Source: Octopus vulgaris (Eukaryota). From it: a stretch of DNA of 64,000 nucleotides. Under the pieces are notes generated by a model. It was not told the origin of the DNA, did not search any database, and saw only the letters and a list, made by a program, of their open reading frames with translations. Below, piece by piece: positions 10,313 through 23,842 of the stretch. Made by a program: the position numbers and the translations under genes. The stretch lies in NCBI GenBank assembly GCA_951406725.2, contig OX597814.1, positions 187,054,001 through 187,118,000 on the forward strand. The letters run 5' to 3'. The first letter of the stretch is position 1. The number at the start of each line of letters is the position of its first letter.

Positions 10313-12220
10313 CTGGATTCGACTGCAGCTTTTGAGGTGTACAAAACTCAACGAGACCGAGCCGTGAAAATTGAAAAGAAAGAACGCTTCAGTTATGAAT
10401 ACAAAATCGCGGCAAATGCCAGTAGCAATCCAAAAACCTTCTTTGCCCATGTCCAGCGGAATTCCCGCTTGAACAACCAGATTGCAACGTTGGTAGACTC
10501 AACAGGCGTATCGATTGAGGACCCTTATCAACAGAGTAAATTATTTGCCGAGGCTTTTTCAACTATTTTCAAACAAGATGATGGTCGTGAACCCCCTCCA
10601 TTTGATAGATCGGTATCTCCAATGCTTCAATTGGTCATCACGCGGGACGAAGTCAAACGTGTTATTCAAGGCCTCGATGTCAACAAGGGTCACGGCCCTG
10701 ACAGCATACACCCACGGGTTATCAAAGCGTTGGCTCCGGTCATCTGCGAGCCCATAACACGACTATTCAATATGTCATTAGCGACGGGTGTTATACCTGC
10801 AGACTGGAGAACAGTGATAATCTGCCCAATTTTCAAGAAAGGGAGCCGCGAAGACCTGCTTAACTACCGACCAGTTTCCCTTACATCAATAATTAGCAAG
10901 ATGTTCAAAACCATCCTTAAGAAAAGTATGATGCTCCACCTCCTAAACACAGCCTCTATCTCTGATTCCCAACACGGCTTCGTGCCGAAGAGATCATGCT
11001 TGACCAACTTACTAGTAATGGAAGAATTGGTGACGCGCATCCTCGATGATAGTGATGCTGTTGACATCGTTTTATTGGACTTTGCCAAAGCTTTTGACTT
11101 GGTAAACCATCGCCTATTACTTGTCAAGCTTCAAGCATATAGTTTCCATCCGGATATTATACAATGGGTTAGTGCCTTCCTCTCAGATCGCTCCTTCCAA
11201 GTCCAAGTTAATGGTTCGCGGTCCGACGTCTCCAGTGCGAGCAGTGGCGTGCCTCAAGGTTCAGTGCTTGGGCCCTTGTTGTTCTTAGTCTTCATAAATG
11301 ACTTGCCCGACGACCTCACGCAACACACCCTTCTATTTGCCGATGATATCAAACTGGTCGCTCCTCGCGGTAATATAGAGGATCTTCGTCGATGCCTCCA
11401 CTAAATTTGGAAGTGGTCTAATGATTGGGACCTGTGTCTGAGCGTGTCAAAGTGCTGTCATCTGCCTGTCGGCTCTACTCCTGCAACTCAACTTGATTTC
11501 GAGCCGGGTCATCTGCTGCTGGAGAGGACCGATCAGGTAAAGGACCTGGGTATCTTGGTGGATTCCTCCTTTTCGCCTTCGGCCCAGTGCATCCATGCTG
11601 CCAACAAAGCACGCGGAATTCTGTTCTTGATTCGACGGTCATTCGGAATGCTCACAGCAGCCATATTCCTACCACTCTATGTCATGCTGGTGAGACCCAT
11701 ATTGGAGTATGGGATTCAAGCCTCTTCTCCTTATCTCCTCAAAGACATACAGCATCTCGAAAGAGTCCAGAAGCTGGCTACCCGCATGGTTCATGGTCTC
11801 AAAAATTTGTCCTACGAAGAAAGGCTGAGGACGCTCGACCTTTATTCTCTTGAAAAACGCCGCCGCCGTGGTGATCTCATTCTCGCCCACAACATCATAA
11901 GCGGAAAGTGTAACCTCTCGAAAGAGCTGTTCTTCACTCCTGCTCCAGAACGTCGGCTGCAAGGTCATTCCGAAAAGCTCTACCTGCGACGATTTCATCT
12001 CAATCGAAGGAGAGGAGCTTTCTCCGTCCGGGTTGCGGATCCGTGGAACAAGCTGCCAGACGAGATGGTAAAGATGCCGACGATCGCTTTGTTCAAAGCC
12101 TCCCTGGACCTCAAGTGGCCTGAACTCTTTACATGAACACCACCCTGTACTTAACTCCATGTCCCCCTACATGGCCTTGCTATTTGCTTTTGAGCCAAAT
12201 TAACTAACTAACTAACTAAC
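10313..12220 (+). mobile_element. 5'-truncated CR1-clade LINE with (AACT)n tail
   Basis: RT motifs GPD, PIFKKG, YRPVSLTS, QHGF, DFAKAFD, GVPQGSVLGP, FADD; C-terminal RPILEY, LERVQ, LEKRRRRGDL, WNKLP; tail TAACTAACTAAC; inserted in a (TA/CA) tract. Confidence 0.93.
10337..12136 (+). pseudogene. LINE ORF2 reverse transcriptase with one in-frame stop at 11402-11404
   Basis: ORFs 10337..11404 and 11444..12136 are in the same frame; no endonuclease domain upstream. Confidence 0.9.
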
Positions 12221-12721
12221 ATATACATACATACATATATATATATATGCATAAATAGAATAAAACACCACCTTTTATCAATTCAACAATGAAAAAATTA
12301 AATTATACCATATAGAAAAAATTAAATATAAGATAAAAACATATACCAATGATTACGTATATATAGTAGCTGACGTTGTCTCACAAAGCTCCTTCCGGAA
12401 TTCCTGATGAGAAGTGCATGAGGTCGGCTATGTCTCAATCTTGTGTCTGTTGGTACATCTGTAGCGCTACTTCTAAGTTATGTATTATACGTGCAGCTTC
12501 TCTCTTTATCCCCTTGTTTCTTTTTTCCTTTCTCTTTTTTGTTTTGTTGTTATAAACAATAAATGAGCATTTACCAGATGTAACAAAATAATATATTGAT
12601 TACCAACCTTCAGCGTGTTGTTAATTTGGGGTCCTAGTCTGTGTATGAGTATAGCTTCCTTAATTCTTAAATTACCCAAATTTCCCTCATTGGCCTCAAT
12701 TGTGACTGTTATGCTTTTGTC

Positions 12722-13316
12722 TATGCACTTCCTAGATATATTGAAAACTAACGGGCACCCTAGATCCATTGTAAATCGGCTTATGTACCCAAGAAGGCAA
12801 ACACGCCAAACACATAGAAAACCCAGCAATACATGCTCCCTTAAAATACCCCATTTTAGTGAGAAGATAACTACAGCCATTTGGAGAGCCACAGGAAGAG
12901 AAGGGCTAGACATACAACCAGCCCACTCTGGCCCCTCTCTGAGAGCACACCTCGCAAAGAAACAAACAAGGAACAACAATCAATGCACACTAACAAACTG
13001 TCCCATCTGTGACACAGATTTATGCCAACAGGTAAATGTTCTGTATAGAATACAATGTAACAAATGTAAAAAGTTCTATGTGGATAGCACAACAAGACCG
13101 TTACACGTCCGCATCAAAGAACATCTGAACACGAGAGCTTCCTCCTTCAGAAAACATCTAGACAGATGCCGGAACACCAACAAAAGCATAACAGTCACAA
13201 CTGAGGCCAATGAAAGAAATTTTGGTAATTTAAGAATTAAGGAAGCTATACTCATACACAGACTAGGACCCCAAATTAACAACAGGTTGGAGGCTGGTAA
13301 TCAATATGTTATTTAG
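12722..13316 (+). pseudogene. PLE C-terminal region with GIY-YIG endonuclease
   Basis: LKTNGHP (NGYP-like), LKIPH, CTLTNCPIC, VLYRIQCNKCKKFYVDSTTRPLHVRIKEH, LRIKEAILI...PQIN. Confidence 0.88.
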
Positions 13317-13596
13317 CTACATCTGGAAGCAATGTAAGTTCATTTTCAATATGCTGATCTATTGTTTATAACAAAAAAAAAAGGGAAGAGAAAAAAAAAG
13401 GAGAGGGGGAAAAAAGGAAGCTGCATATATAATATATAATTTAGAAGCAGCACTACACACGAGATTGGGACATAGCCGACCTCATGCATTTCTCATCAGG
13501 AATTCCAGAAGGAGCTTTGTGAGACCACTGCTGAGATGCTTCCGAAAAAAAAGAAAAGCTGTTGGAAAACCGATCATAGCAGCGACTCCATATAAG

Positions 13597-13653
13597 AATA
13601 TCTGAAGAAGGATTCTTTTTCCGAAGTATCATCGGACTATGGATGACTAAATT
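13597..13653 (+). ncRNA. Degenerate hammerhead in the PLE pseudo-LTR
   Basis: CTGAAGA-aGGA ttcttt TCC-GAAG-taTCATC ggactatg GATGAc-TA; GAAA altered. Confidence 0.5.
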
Positions 13654-13717
13654 ACAACAGGTATATAGCCCATTGTCTGTACTATAGTGCATTGTTATAC
13701 CATTCAAAACTTTTATT

Positions 13718-13768
<51 letters not shown>

Positions 13769-16700
13769 GTATATGTGTGTGTGTGTGTATGTATATATTA
13801 ATATGTGATATATGTATATATACATGTATGTATGTATATATATATATATATATATATATCTGTATACATATATATGTATATATATATATGTATGTATATA
13901 TAATATGTATGTATATATATGTATGTATCTATATATATATATGTGTGTGTGCATGTATCTATCTATATATATATGTGTGCGTGTGTGTGTGGGGGGGGGG
14001 AATTCTGCCTGATTGGGATCTTTGATTACACGTGCGAAATACTGTGGCCCATTAAAACGGAATTAATATTATCAATGATGCGTTTAATATCCCATAGATA
14101 TGCATCCTATGTTAGTTAGCCCACATATAATAGCTATGTCCAACGATAAGAGCATCAATACACAGACTATACAAGGGCAGCAGATATTCGCCAAGGAGAA
14201 ACTCAGGTTAAAATGCGGAATGAGTAGTGCTTTATTAACATCGTATCTTAATGAGCATATATAGCAAAATAGGTTAAGAGACCAATGAAAAGCTATACGT
14301 ACGGTCAATGGATCATTTACGGCTGCCATTTCTGGACTGTCAAATGTCCTGGAGGAAATTAACTTCGGTGGGGCTTGGTTGTTTCAACTCCTTTAACCGT
14401 AAATAAACTTTATTCTCAATTTTATAACAAGATTATGCTACCTGAGCGATAAATATTTATTCGCAACTGATACTATTCATTGAGTGATTTGTGGATGAAA
14501 GTAATTAGTAATTTCTAACGCGCAATGAGAAAGAACAGACGAAGACGAGTAGTATGAAACAAAAAGAAAACTAAGATTGCAAAGTTTGTAAATAGTGGGA
14601 AGGAATGTATATCCACTATGAATAATATATTTTTTAAAAAGCCTCGAATTTTCTCTTTCTTTGAGACGTGGCACTTTGTGCCAAAAGCAACTATATAGAA
14701 TAACTTTCTACTTTTAATATATTATGTTTTGACAATGCTCTCGATGAATTTTCGTGGGAATGACGGTAAAATCAATTCAATCGACTTAATGTATATTACT
14801 GATATTTAAGAGCCAACCAATAAAGGGGTTTCTACATGGTCGGTCTACCACATTTTCCTAAAAATCACACTCTACATGTAATTATGTTATACAACGGATA
14901 ATGTTATCACGAATACATCGACAAAGAGAGAGAAAATAAAAAGAAAAAGCATGATATCACAGCTAGAACGTCTTCGATCATAAATCTGTTTGCTGGATCA
15001 GGACAGACTAGGAGCTAAACTACTACTAATAGAACTGCTTATATTATTGATACCGAAGGATGACAGGTGGGTCCGAATTTCAACTGAATATGAACTCAGG
15101 CTTATAAATGTCAAATTAGTCACCGAAAGAAAACGTACAAGTGGGCATTCTATTGTCTTGCTTCTTTGTACCATGATATACGATATTGATTTCTAATATA
15201 GGTACAGTGACTCATTATAGGGGGTTGACTATATCGATCCAGTAATTAACTGATACTTACTCCATTGACCTGGAAAGCTGAAGAAATAAAGTTGACCCTT
15301 TGTGGGATTCGAAGTCAGAACGTAAAGAAACAGTGAAATTAATTTTTCCCGATATTCTGCTGATCCTATCAATGATATACGAGAGCCTCAAATATTTTTG
15401 TCATCACTGATAATATTGGGAATAAAGTTTTGAAGTTAAAATGCGATTAGTAGAAACTATAAAACAAGCATGCTGGGATCAAGTTCTGAGCAGTGATATA
15501 TAGAAATCATGAAATTAATTCCTTATTAATATCTACAGCATTTTTAGTGTGTTCTCGCAGTGAGAAGCAGTAGTATTAATCCTTTTCGTTTTGAATTGTT
15601 TCTAACCGATAGGTCAACAACGTCTTGTGTGAAAGCTAACAATATCGTTGCTCATAAGATAAATAGATATTTTCGGTTAACCTCCGGTGTTTGACCTGAG
15701 CAAAAACAGGAAAAAAAAATTAGATCCAATTTTTTCCCTCAAGAAAATTCTTCCTGACTACACAGTTCCGGGTTCAATCCCACTGCATGGCATTTTGAGC
15801 AAGTGAATTTTCAGAGTCCCTCCCCCCCACACACACACCGTTCGCAAGTGCGCATTTCTTTTCATATTCATTTACTACGTTTTTTTTTTAACACCTATTA
15901 CACTATTTCTTCTTTTTTTCATTTTTTTTGCTCGGGTCAAATACTGGAGGTTAAACCATATTTTCATCTGTCTTAGTTTCATTTCACACGAGAGTATTTA
16001 GCGAAGGCGTTTATCCACCAACAATATATAATTAGCCTTCTAAAGGCTTGACATCCAATACTGTAGATTTTGTTGTTGTTTTTACAACAGACGGATTAAA
16101 AATTTTTGTACTGTTGACCTCGACTGTAAAGACTCATATAACTGCTATCGTTTTCCCAACTCCACATTCCATCTTCGTTCACAAACTCAAGTAGCCAGCT
16201 AGATTAGTGCACGTGCACTTACACTTACTCGCGATGGTCTTCTTGCAGTTGAGATCTACCAAATTTACTCACAAGTATTTGGTCAGCCTGGGGTTACAAT
16301 AGAAGATATTTGCCCGAGGTGCTGTGCAGTGGGTCTGAACCAGAAGCCACATGGTTGAGAAGTGCACTTCTTAACCACACAGCCATGCCTGTGCTTCAAT
16401 TGTACCAATGCTGCCTTTAGGATAGGCTTTAAAAATTTCCCCGGTTATTTGTTTGATATTGGTATGTTAAATGTTTATTATTGGCATTATAATTTAATTT
16501 CAGATTCAATACATATCTTCAATGTTGAAAGAATATGCCTTCACTGACATGCATCCCCAAAAACAAACATTCTTTTGTTATGAGTATATAAAATGACCAA
16601 CAAGAAAGAGAAGGAATTGATAATCGAGTATAAATAAATCGCAGTATGTGTGTGTATAATGACTAATGCATACATTTCCACAATTCTCAACTGATTTTCT

Positions 16701-16919
16701 CCCAACTTCACACACACATTAGTTATGTCCCAAGGATGGTCATGCACTAAACACTTTGCCAAGAACTCCTGTTTAAATGGACATAGTTTATTGTATGTAG
16801 GGTCTTCCATACTTTTTAAATCTTTTTACAAAAGTGAAAGGATTTTGTCTATTTATTTACTTCGACTGTCCACCTGCGCGGTGATCCAATCAGGAAGCAA
16901 AATGTACAAAAGGCTGTGA

Positions 16920-17700
16920 TTTTCAGATTGGAGGGCTCAGAGTCAGATGAAAGAGAAATATGATCATTTGATGGTTGGTCCAACATTCTCAGCACACCTC
17001 ATAACATGGGTGATCAAAACATCCTTATGATGCTTTTGTCAAACAATCACATAGTCAAGAAGGTGCCAGGATTGGACCAAGGATGCATCCAGTTGGAAGT
17101 GTGAAACTGTGTTGATAATGATCAGTCCATTTTGGGAACAGAGAGTTAAAAGATGAAGGTCATTAGTGTTCATGTTCCCAAAATCATGATGACCAATAAT
17201 GCTGGGCCAGATGAAATGACTTTGACCAGTTCTGGCATTGAAATCTTGCAGAATGATCTTATCAGACTTGGGCATCCTTCAGATGACATCATCCAGGGAC
17301 AGGTAGAACCTGTCCTTGGCTTCTTCAGGGGAATCCAATGCAGGTGCATAGGCACTGATGATGGTGGTATATTGGCCTTTGAAGAGAATGAACCACTGCA
17401 TGAGATGTTCATGCAGTCTAACAGGAAGTTCTGCCATCTTATTTGCAATGGAGGTTTTCACAGCGAAGGTCACTCTATGAGTTCTGTAATTGCTATTGGT
17501 AATACCCTTCCAGGGGAACATGTATCCCTCTCCCTGTTCAGTGGAGAAGCCTTCCTCTGAGAAACATGTCCAGCTAAGAGCCACTGTGTCCACATTGTAG
17601 CATTTCAGCTTGAATGCAACCAGAGCAGTCCTTCAATGAGGTCAATCTGAATTAGGATAATCAAATAAGGTTCTGACATTGCAGAAGCAATTGACAATTT
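16920..17700 (-). pseudogene. RTE-clade LINE apurinic-like endonuclease region, decayed
   Basis: TIISAYAP, EAKDRFY..LDDVI, KIILQDFNAR, GNMNTN..LLTLCSQNGLIIINT, WHLLDYVIV in ORFs 17279..17593 and 17039..17275. Confidence 0.88.
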
Positions 17701-19178
17701 TTTGAAGTTTCAACCACATTAAAGCAGTGATCTGTCTGATGCAAATTCTTGATGGAGTAGAATGAGGTAAGCTTTGTTTGGACCACCTTTTCCTGGCTAT
17801 TCTTCGGATTGAAGTAGGCAGTGCCTTCTTAAATAGGGTTGCCTAGATAGATGTGTAGGACCAAAGAAGCTTGTCTCCTGGTGCAGACTTTAGTAACCGT
17901 CTTATTCATGCTGCCAGTGTGCAAGCTTCAAGCAAAAGGATTCCAGCATCATTTATGCTTGCCTCCATCACCAGCTATTCATTGCCAATGGACTTGAGAG
18001 AGTGAGGAAAAAAGATGGAGGAGAGCGAAGGAAGAGGGTTGAAATGGATTGAAGTCTGATCAAAGATTTATTTCCAGTGATGAAAAGGGCATGCAATCCT
18101 TCACTGCAAAACTTGGCTTATCTGCAACTGGGCCAGTGACAAAGAGGAGATCCAGGATGACTGGGATCAGGGAGATGCTGCAGCAAGCTGCCACATCAAC
18201 GATATGTAGTGGGGTGCCTTGGCAGTCAGACTGCTTGGCTTTGTCCTGTTGGCGATAATATCAGTGCAAAACACACAACTGGCCACAAAGTGTCACAGAT
18301 GCAGAAGGTGTGTGACCAGGGCAGCTGCAAGATATTGGAACAGACATTGTTCTGAATTTGATTAAGGAAGGTAACCCAGGGCTTAGTTGACATGCTAGTC
18401 GACCCATAGCTGGGACTGTAACAGGTGTTACTATTCTGTGTCAGAGTAAACCTGGAGACAATAGTGGTTAAGAGGTGGATCTATACTCCTCAAAACCCTA
18501 AAAACTCCCACACCAGGGCCCCACTACCAGATGTGGTTTAAAGTCATACCCAAGGCATATGATAATATATATATATAATCATCATCATCATTTTAACATT
18601 CACTTTTCTATACTTGCATGGATTGAATGAAATTTGCTGAGGTGGATTTTTCTATGGCCAGATACCCTTCCTGTCACCAACACTCACCTATTTCCAAGTA
18701 ACATAATATTTCCTCATTGTCAGACATGTTTCCACTGAAGATTGGAAAGCAAGTGCACTATTTGTATGGTGGTGACACTTGTTTATAACTAGTAAGCAAA
18801 GAGGCAATAACACACAGTTTCCATCAATCAAATCCATTTTTGAAGCCTTGGTTGGCTGAGGGCTATATTTGAAGATGCACCCAAAGTGTCGCACTGTGGG
18901 ATTGAACTCAAAATCAAGTGGTTGGAAAACAAACTTCTTACCACACACCTACACCTGTATACATACATACATGATTATCATCATCAGCATTTAACAGTTA
19001 TTTTCTAAATATTTTCTATGCAGAGGTTGGATGGTTTGAAAGAAGCCTAAGAGTTCAAGGACTGTATCAACTCCAGTGTTTGGTTTGATATAGTTTCTAT
19101 GGCTGGATGCTGTTCCTAATGCTAACAACTTTCCTACACACACACTTATACATACACACACACGAATATGTACATGTG

Positions 19179-19221
<43 letters not shown>

Positions 19222-19294
19222 ATTTCATATATATATATATATATATATACTTGGAAATGGATGTGTGGTGTTCAATTAAATAATAATAATAATA

Positions 19295-19333
<39 letters not shown>

Positions 19334-19338
19334 TATAT

Positions 19339-20285
19339 GGGTACAGGATGTCACCAGCTATGTAAACAATGAGAGAAAAAATGGTAAACAGGACAAGTAA
19401 ACACAGAGACAATCCTTCATCAGCTGTCTATCTACTCCTCATTTCAAGCATTCAATGACAATGTGACTCTTCAAAGACTGCTCCCATAAATTCAAAAATA
19501 AAATTTAGGATTTATGGAGGGTCAAAGTTGGAAACAAAACAGGACAGTGGAGACATTCAAAGAAACCAAATGAAAACAAACATGGAGGGTTGTTAGACCA
19601 GAATGAGAGGAAAATAGTGAATGCTGGGAGAAATATTTTCTTTGAAAAGAGAAAAGATAGAAGAGAGAGAAAAAAACGTCCAGTCCTTTGAATATCTGTA
19701 CAAGAAAAGAAAGATGGACGATGGTCACGTGTGAGCAATGAGAGAGAAAAAGAGAAAGAGGAGAGAGAGAGACAGATAGAAAACGGTGCAAGAGGGAGGG
19801 GGAGAAAAAGGGAATTAGAGAAGGAATAAGGAAGAAAACAGTATAGAGTAAAGTCGCATCAAAAAGGTGAACCTAATTGGAAATGGAGGCATGGCTTTCA
19901 ATTAAATAATAATAAATAATATATATATATATATGTATGTATGTATATATATATATGTGTGTGTGTGGTTCTGGTCTAACAACCCTCCATGTTTGTTTTT
20001 GGTTAGTTTCCTTGTATGTCTCCACTGTCCCTGTTTTTGTTTCCAACTTTGACCCTCCATAAATCCTAAATTTTATTTTAGAATTTATGGGAGCAACTGC
20101 CTTTGAAGACTCATATTGTCATTGAATGCCCGAAATGAGGAGTAGACAGACAGCTGACAACTGATGAAGGGTTGTCTCTCTGAGTTTACTTGTCCTGTTT
20201 TCCATTTTTCTCTCATTGTTTACATATTTAACTCGCTTGTCTATGTATTTCATGTTGTTTATATAGTTGGTGATGTCCTGTACCC
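19339..20285. repeat. Large inverted repeat (19339-19603 / 19969-20285), PLE-pseudo-LTR-like non-coding element
   Basis: Arms are clearly reverse-complementary; a direct repeat 19251-19300 / 19877-19920 precedes (TA)n. Confidence 0.85.
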
Positions 20286-20289
20286 AGCT

Positions 20290-21167
20290 TCCGCTACCTA
20301 GGTGACGAAGTCTGTAGTGTTACCACTAGAATAAGAATAGCCTAGCCAAAGTTCACAAAGCTTCTACCTCTACTGGTGACAAAGGGACTCTTGCTCAGAG
20401 TGAAAGGTAGATTGTATGATGCATGTGTGCGAACTGCCATGCTTCACGGCAGTGAAACATGGGCTGTGACTGCTAAAGACGTGCATAGGCTCGAAAGAAA
20501 TGAAGCTAGCATGATCCGCTGGATGTGTAATGTCAGTGTACACACACGACCGAGTGTAAGCACCCTGAGAGAAATGTCAGACATAAGAAGCATTGGATAT
20601 GGCATGCAAGAGAGACGTTTACGTTGGTATGGTCATGTACTGTGGATGGATGAGGAGAGATGTGTGAAGAAATTCCACTTTCAAACAGGGGAAGGAATCC
20701 GGGTCGAGGGAAACCCAGGAAGACATGGGATGAGGTGGTGAAGCATGACCTATGAACGTTGGGCTTCACAGAGGCAATGACAAAAGACCAACACCTCTGG
20801 AGGTATGCAGTGACTGAGAAGACCCAGCAAATAAAGTCAGTTCACAGCTGTAACCTTCACCAGTGTCGCATAATCAGTCCACACAAAAGTACCTTGGATC
20901 GTAGGGTGACATGCCGTGCTTGAGGAGACCTATTGAGTCAAGTACATCAACATCAACATCAGTATGAAAATCAAATCAAATGGAAATTGTAGTTGTGAGC
21001 CTAATGCCAGTAGCACGTAAAAAGCACCCACTACATTCTCAGAGTGTTTGGCGTAGAAACACCGCCAGATCAGATTGGGGCATGGTTCAGCCTCCTGGCT
21101 TTCCAGACCCCAGTCAAACTGTCAAACCCATGCCAGCATGGAAAACGGACATTTAACGATGATGATG

Positions 21168-21168
<1 letters not shown>
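20290..21168 (+). mobile_element. RTE LINE 3' fragment
   Basis: RVKGRLYDACVRTAMLHGSETW...MIRWMCNV...RRLRWYGHV; tail ends (GAT)n. Confidence 0.9.
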
Positions 21169-21209
<41 letters not shown>

Positions 21210-21228
21210 TATATTACTTATTATATAT

Positions 21229-21287
<59 letters not shown>

Positions 21288-23468
21288 TATATGTTATCAT
21301 GTACATACATATAATTGGAGAGTATTTATGGAACAAATGGAATAACTCATTAAGCTAGTGAAAGATTAGTGAACTAGTAGCGTACTAGTGGTGGTGTTGT
21401 TTAGTCTGAAGTCAAACATGAATGAGCAAATCTATTCTCTAAGGCTTTCCAGCTATGACCAACCCATCTTGTTTTCAGGAATACTCTATATAGGACTACA
21501 TTAATCCATGTGTCTTTTTGTTTAAGACAATAGTTTGTGATTTGTATGGGGAGTTGGCTGTTATGTCGAATGGCGACATAGAGTTCTGACTCATGAGCTC
21601 AAAAGCATACTAATACTGTACTCAGGTGTTAACCCGGAGGACATGGCTTTGATTACTTCCTAGTTTCATGCTCTTTTCCTTATTCCATACTGTATATAAA
21701 GTGAAATCACACACACACATGCACAACCTCTCACACTCTTTCTCACACACACACACTCTTTGTCACACACACACTCACATAAACATGCACACAAACACAT
21801 ATGTATGAAGTTCATTCAGATATAGTGACATGTCTCTGTTTTAATATTTTGACCCCTAACTCATAGGAAGGAATAACTAAATGTCGGGCAAGTCTGTTAA
21901 GTGAGGCTATCTTTTGCTAAACATGAGATTAAATTATTGTAATTCACAAAAGACAGGCATTATTTGTACGTTGGTTTTATTAGCATGCCATTACTGTTAG
22001 ATAGGCGCTTTGTAACTGTGTATTGCATATGGTATGAAAATCATAGATGACAGCTGGTGGACAAAATGAAATAATTATTGGAAATGAAACTGCTAGAAGA
22101 CATGCATAACAAAATAAATAGCAAATTTCATGATAGTAGAAAGAGGAATTAATGCGATTGTGAATATAGCATTCCATTCAGGTATTCATTTTCCTCCTTG
22201 TCATCTCGCAACTCACTGCTTTCAATTATTCACTGTTACCAAGCAGGATAGAAGAAGAAGAAGAAGAAGAAGAAAAAAATCAATTGTTCATGACGGTGTA
22301 GTAAAAATGCTTCAAATGAAAATTCAGACAGATAACTGGAAAACACTCTGATTGATTTGTGTAGAAGAGATTTGTCAACACTGTAAACTTTCCTGTTATG
22401 AGTTAGATATCATACGAGTTTCTTCTATTGTAAGGTCGTTGAGGGTGGATAGTCTTCAGATAATTTATGGAAGCTGGTTAAGAGAGTTAATCTAAGTGCT
22501 ATATATATATGTATTCTTAGAATAAAATAAATGAGTAGCCTTGATCTATATGTAATAATAACAGCTTCATGGAGCTAGTTGAATGCAGTGAATCATTACT
22601 GTTTATCAATTACACTAAATTGTATAACAATATTAATTACTTTATATTTATTTAATTGAACTAGAAAGATGAAAGGCTTGTCAAGATTTCAACTCATTTC
22701 TGACAATGAGATTTCAAAATTAGTCTGTTTTCTCTTCAGAATATCTGTCATATTAGTTTTCAATAATATGTTACCACTTTTAGTATTGCTATTAAATTAT
22801 TTCAATTGTAGTAAGAAATCAATCTTCATAATAGGCACTAAATAAATACGGAAATAAACAAAAACAACAATCCAAGTATCAGATGATGATCGTCATCCAT
22901 TAATACCACCTACATGGTATTGGCTTCAGCAGGAAAACCCAACTTTCAACATCATTTGTATAAGAGATCTGGCACTCCTAAACTAGAAGATACGGATAAC
23001 TGAATGATATTAATATTTAGTTTCAACATTTTAGGAAGTTAGTGGTGCAGAGCAAAGATGGCGTTCTAGAAAGATCAGGCTTTGAGAAGGAAGAATCAGG
23101 CTATTTTGAAATTGTAATCTTTCAATTGTCAGACATACAGGTTCTCTCTCCCTCTCTCTTCAGAGGTTATAACCCTAAATTATAGTGGACCAAAATGCAT
23201 TTTTATACCAAATAAAATTAATTCAAATTTTAGGTGGTATCTTACAGTGTATTTCTCAAACATTTTGTTATTTTTTTCTCTTTTATTTGTCTTTTATTTC
23301 TTTCAGTCACTGGACTGTGGCCATGCTGGGGCATTACCTTAAAGGGTTTAGTTAGTTAAATTGTTTCCAGTACTCATTTTAAGTTTGATACTTATTATGT
23401 TGATCTCCTTGTATTGAACCTCTAAGCTCTGGGCACATAAGCAAACATTGATTGTCAAATAGTCAGAT

Positions 23469-23842
23469 AGGCGCAGGAGTGGCTGTGTGGTAAGTAGCTT
23501 GCTTACCAATCACATGGTTCTGGGTTCAGTCCCACTGCGTGGCACCTTGGGCAAGTGTGTTCTATAGCCTCAGGCCAACCAAAGCCTTGTGAGTGGATTT
23601 GGTCGATGGAAACCGAAAGATGCCCGTCGTATATATGTATATATATATGTATGTGTGTGTGTCTGTGTTTGTTCCCCCAACATCGCTTGACAACCGATGC
23701 TGGTGTGTTTACGTCCCTGTAACTTAGCGGTTCAGTAGAATAAGTACTAGGCTTACAAAGAATAAGTCCCAGGGTCGATTTACTCAACTAAAGGTGGTGC
23801 TTCAGTATGGCCGCAGTCAAATGACTGAAACAAGTAAAAGAG
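23469..23842 (+). mobile_element. SINE family A
   Basis: Near-identical to 4060-4468. Confidence 0.92.

Larger units (their letters stand above)
12378..13720 (+). mobile_element. 5'-truncated Penelope-like element with an inverted duplicated 3' end
   Basis: GIY-YIG ORF; 12378-12720 is an inverted copy of 13179-13525; ends in (TA)n. Confidence 0.9.

Noticed and set aside
12400-12440. CTGATGAG motif as a hammerhead
   Set aside because: No stem II or GAAA follows; it lies in the antisense arm of the PLE duplication.
22695-22745. Minus-strand CTGAAGA...GAAA...GTC hammerhead-like pattern
   Set aside because: Stems I and III barely pair and stem II is only A/T; compatible with chance.
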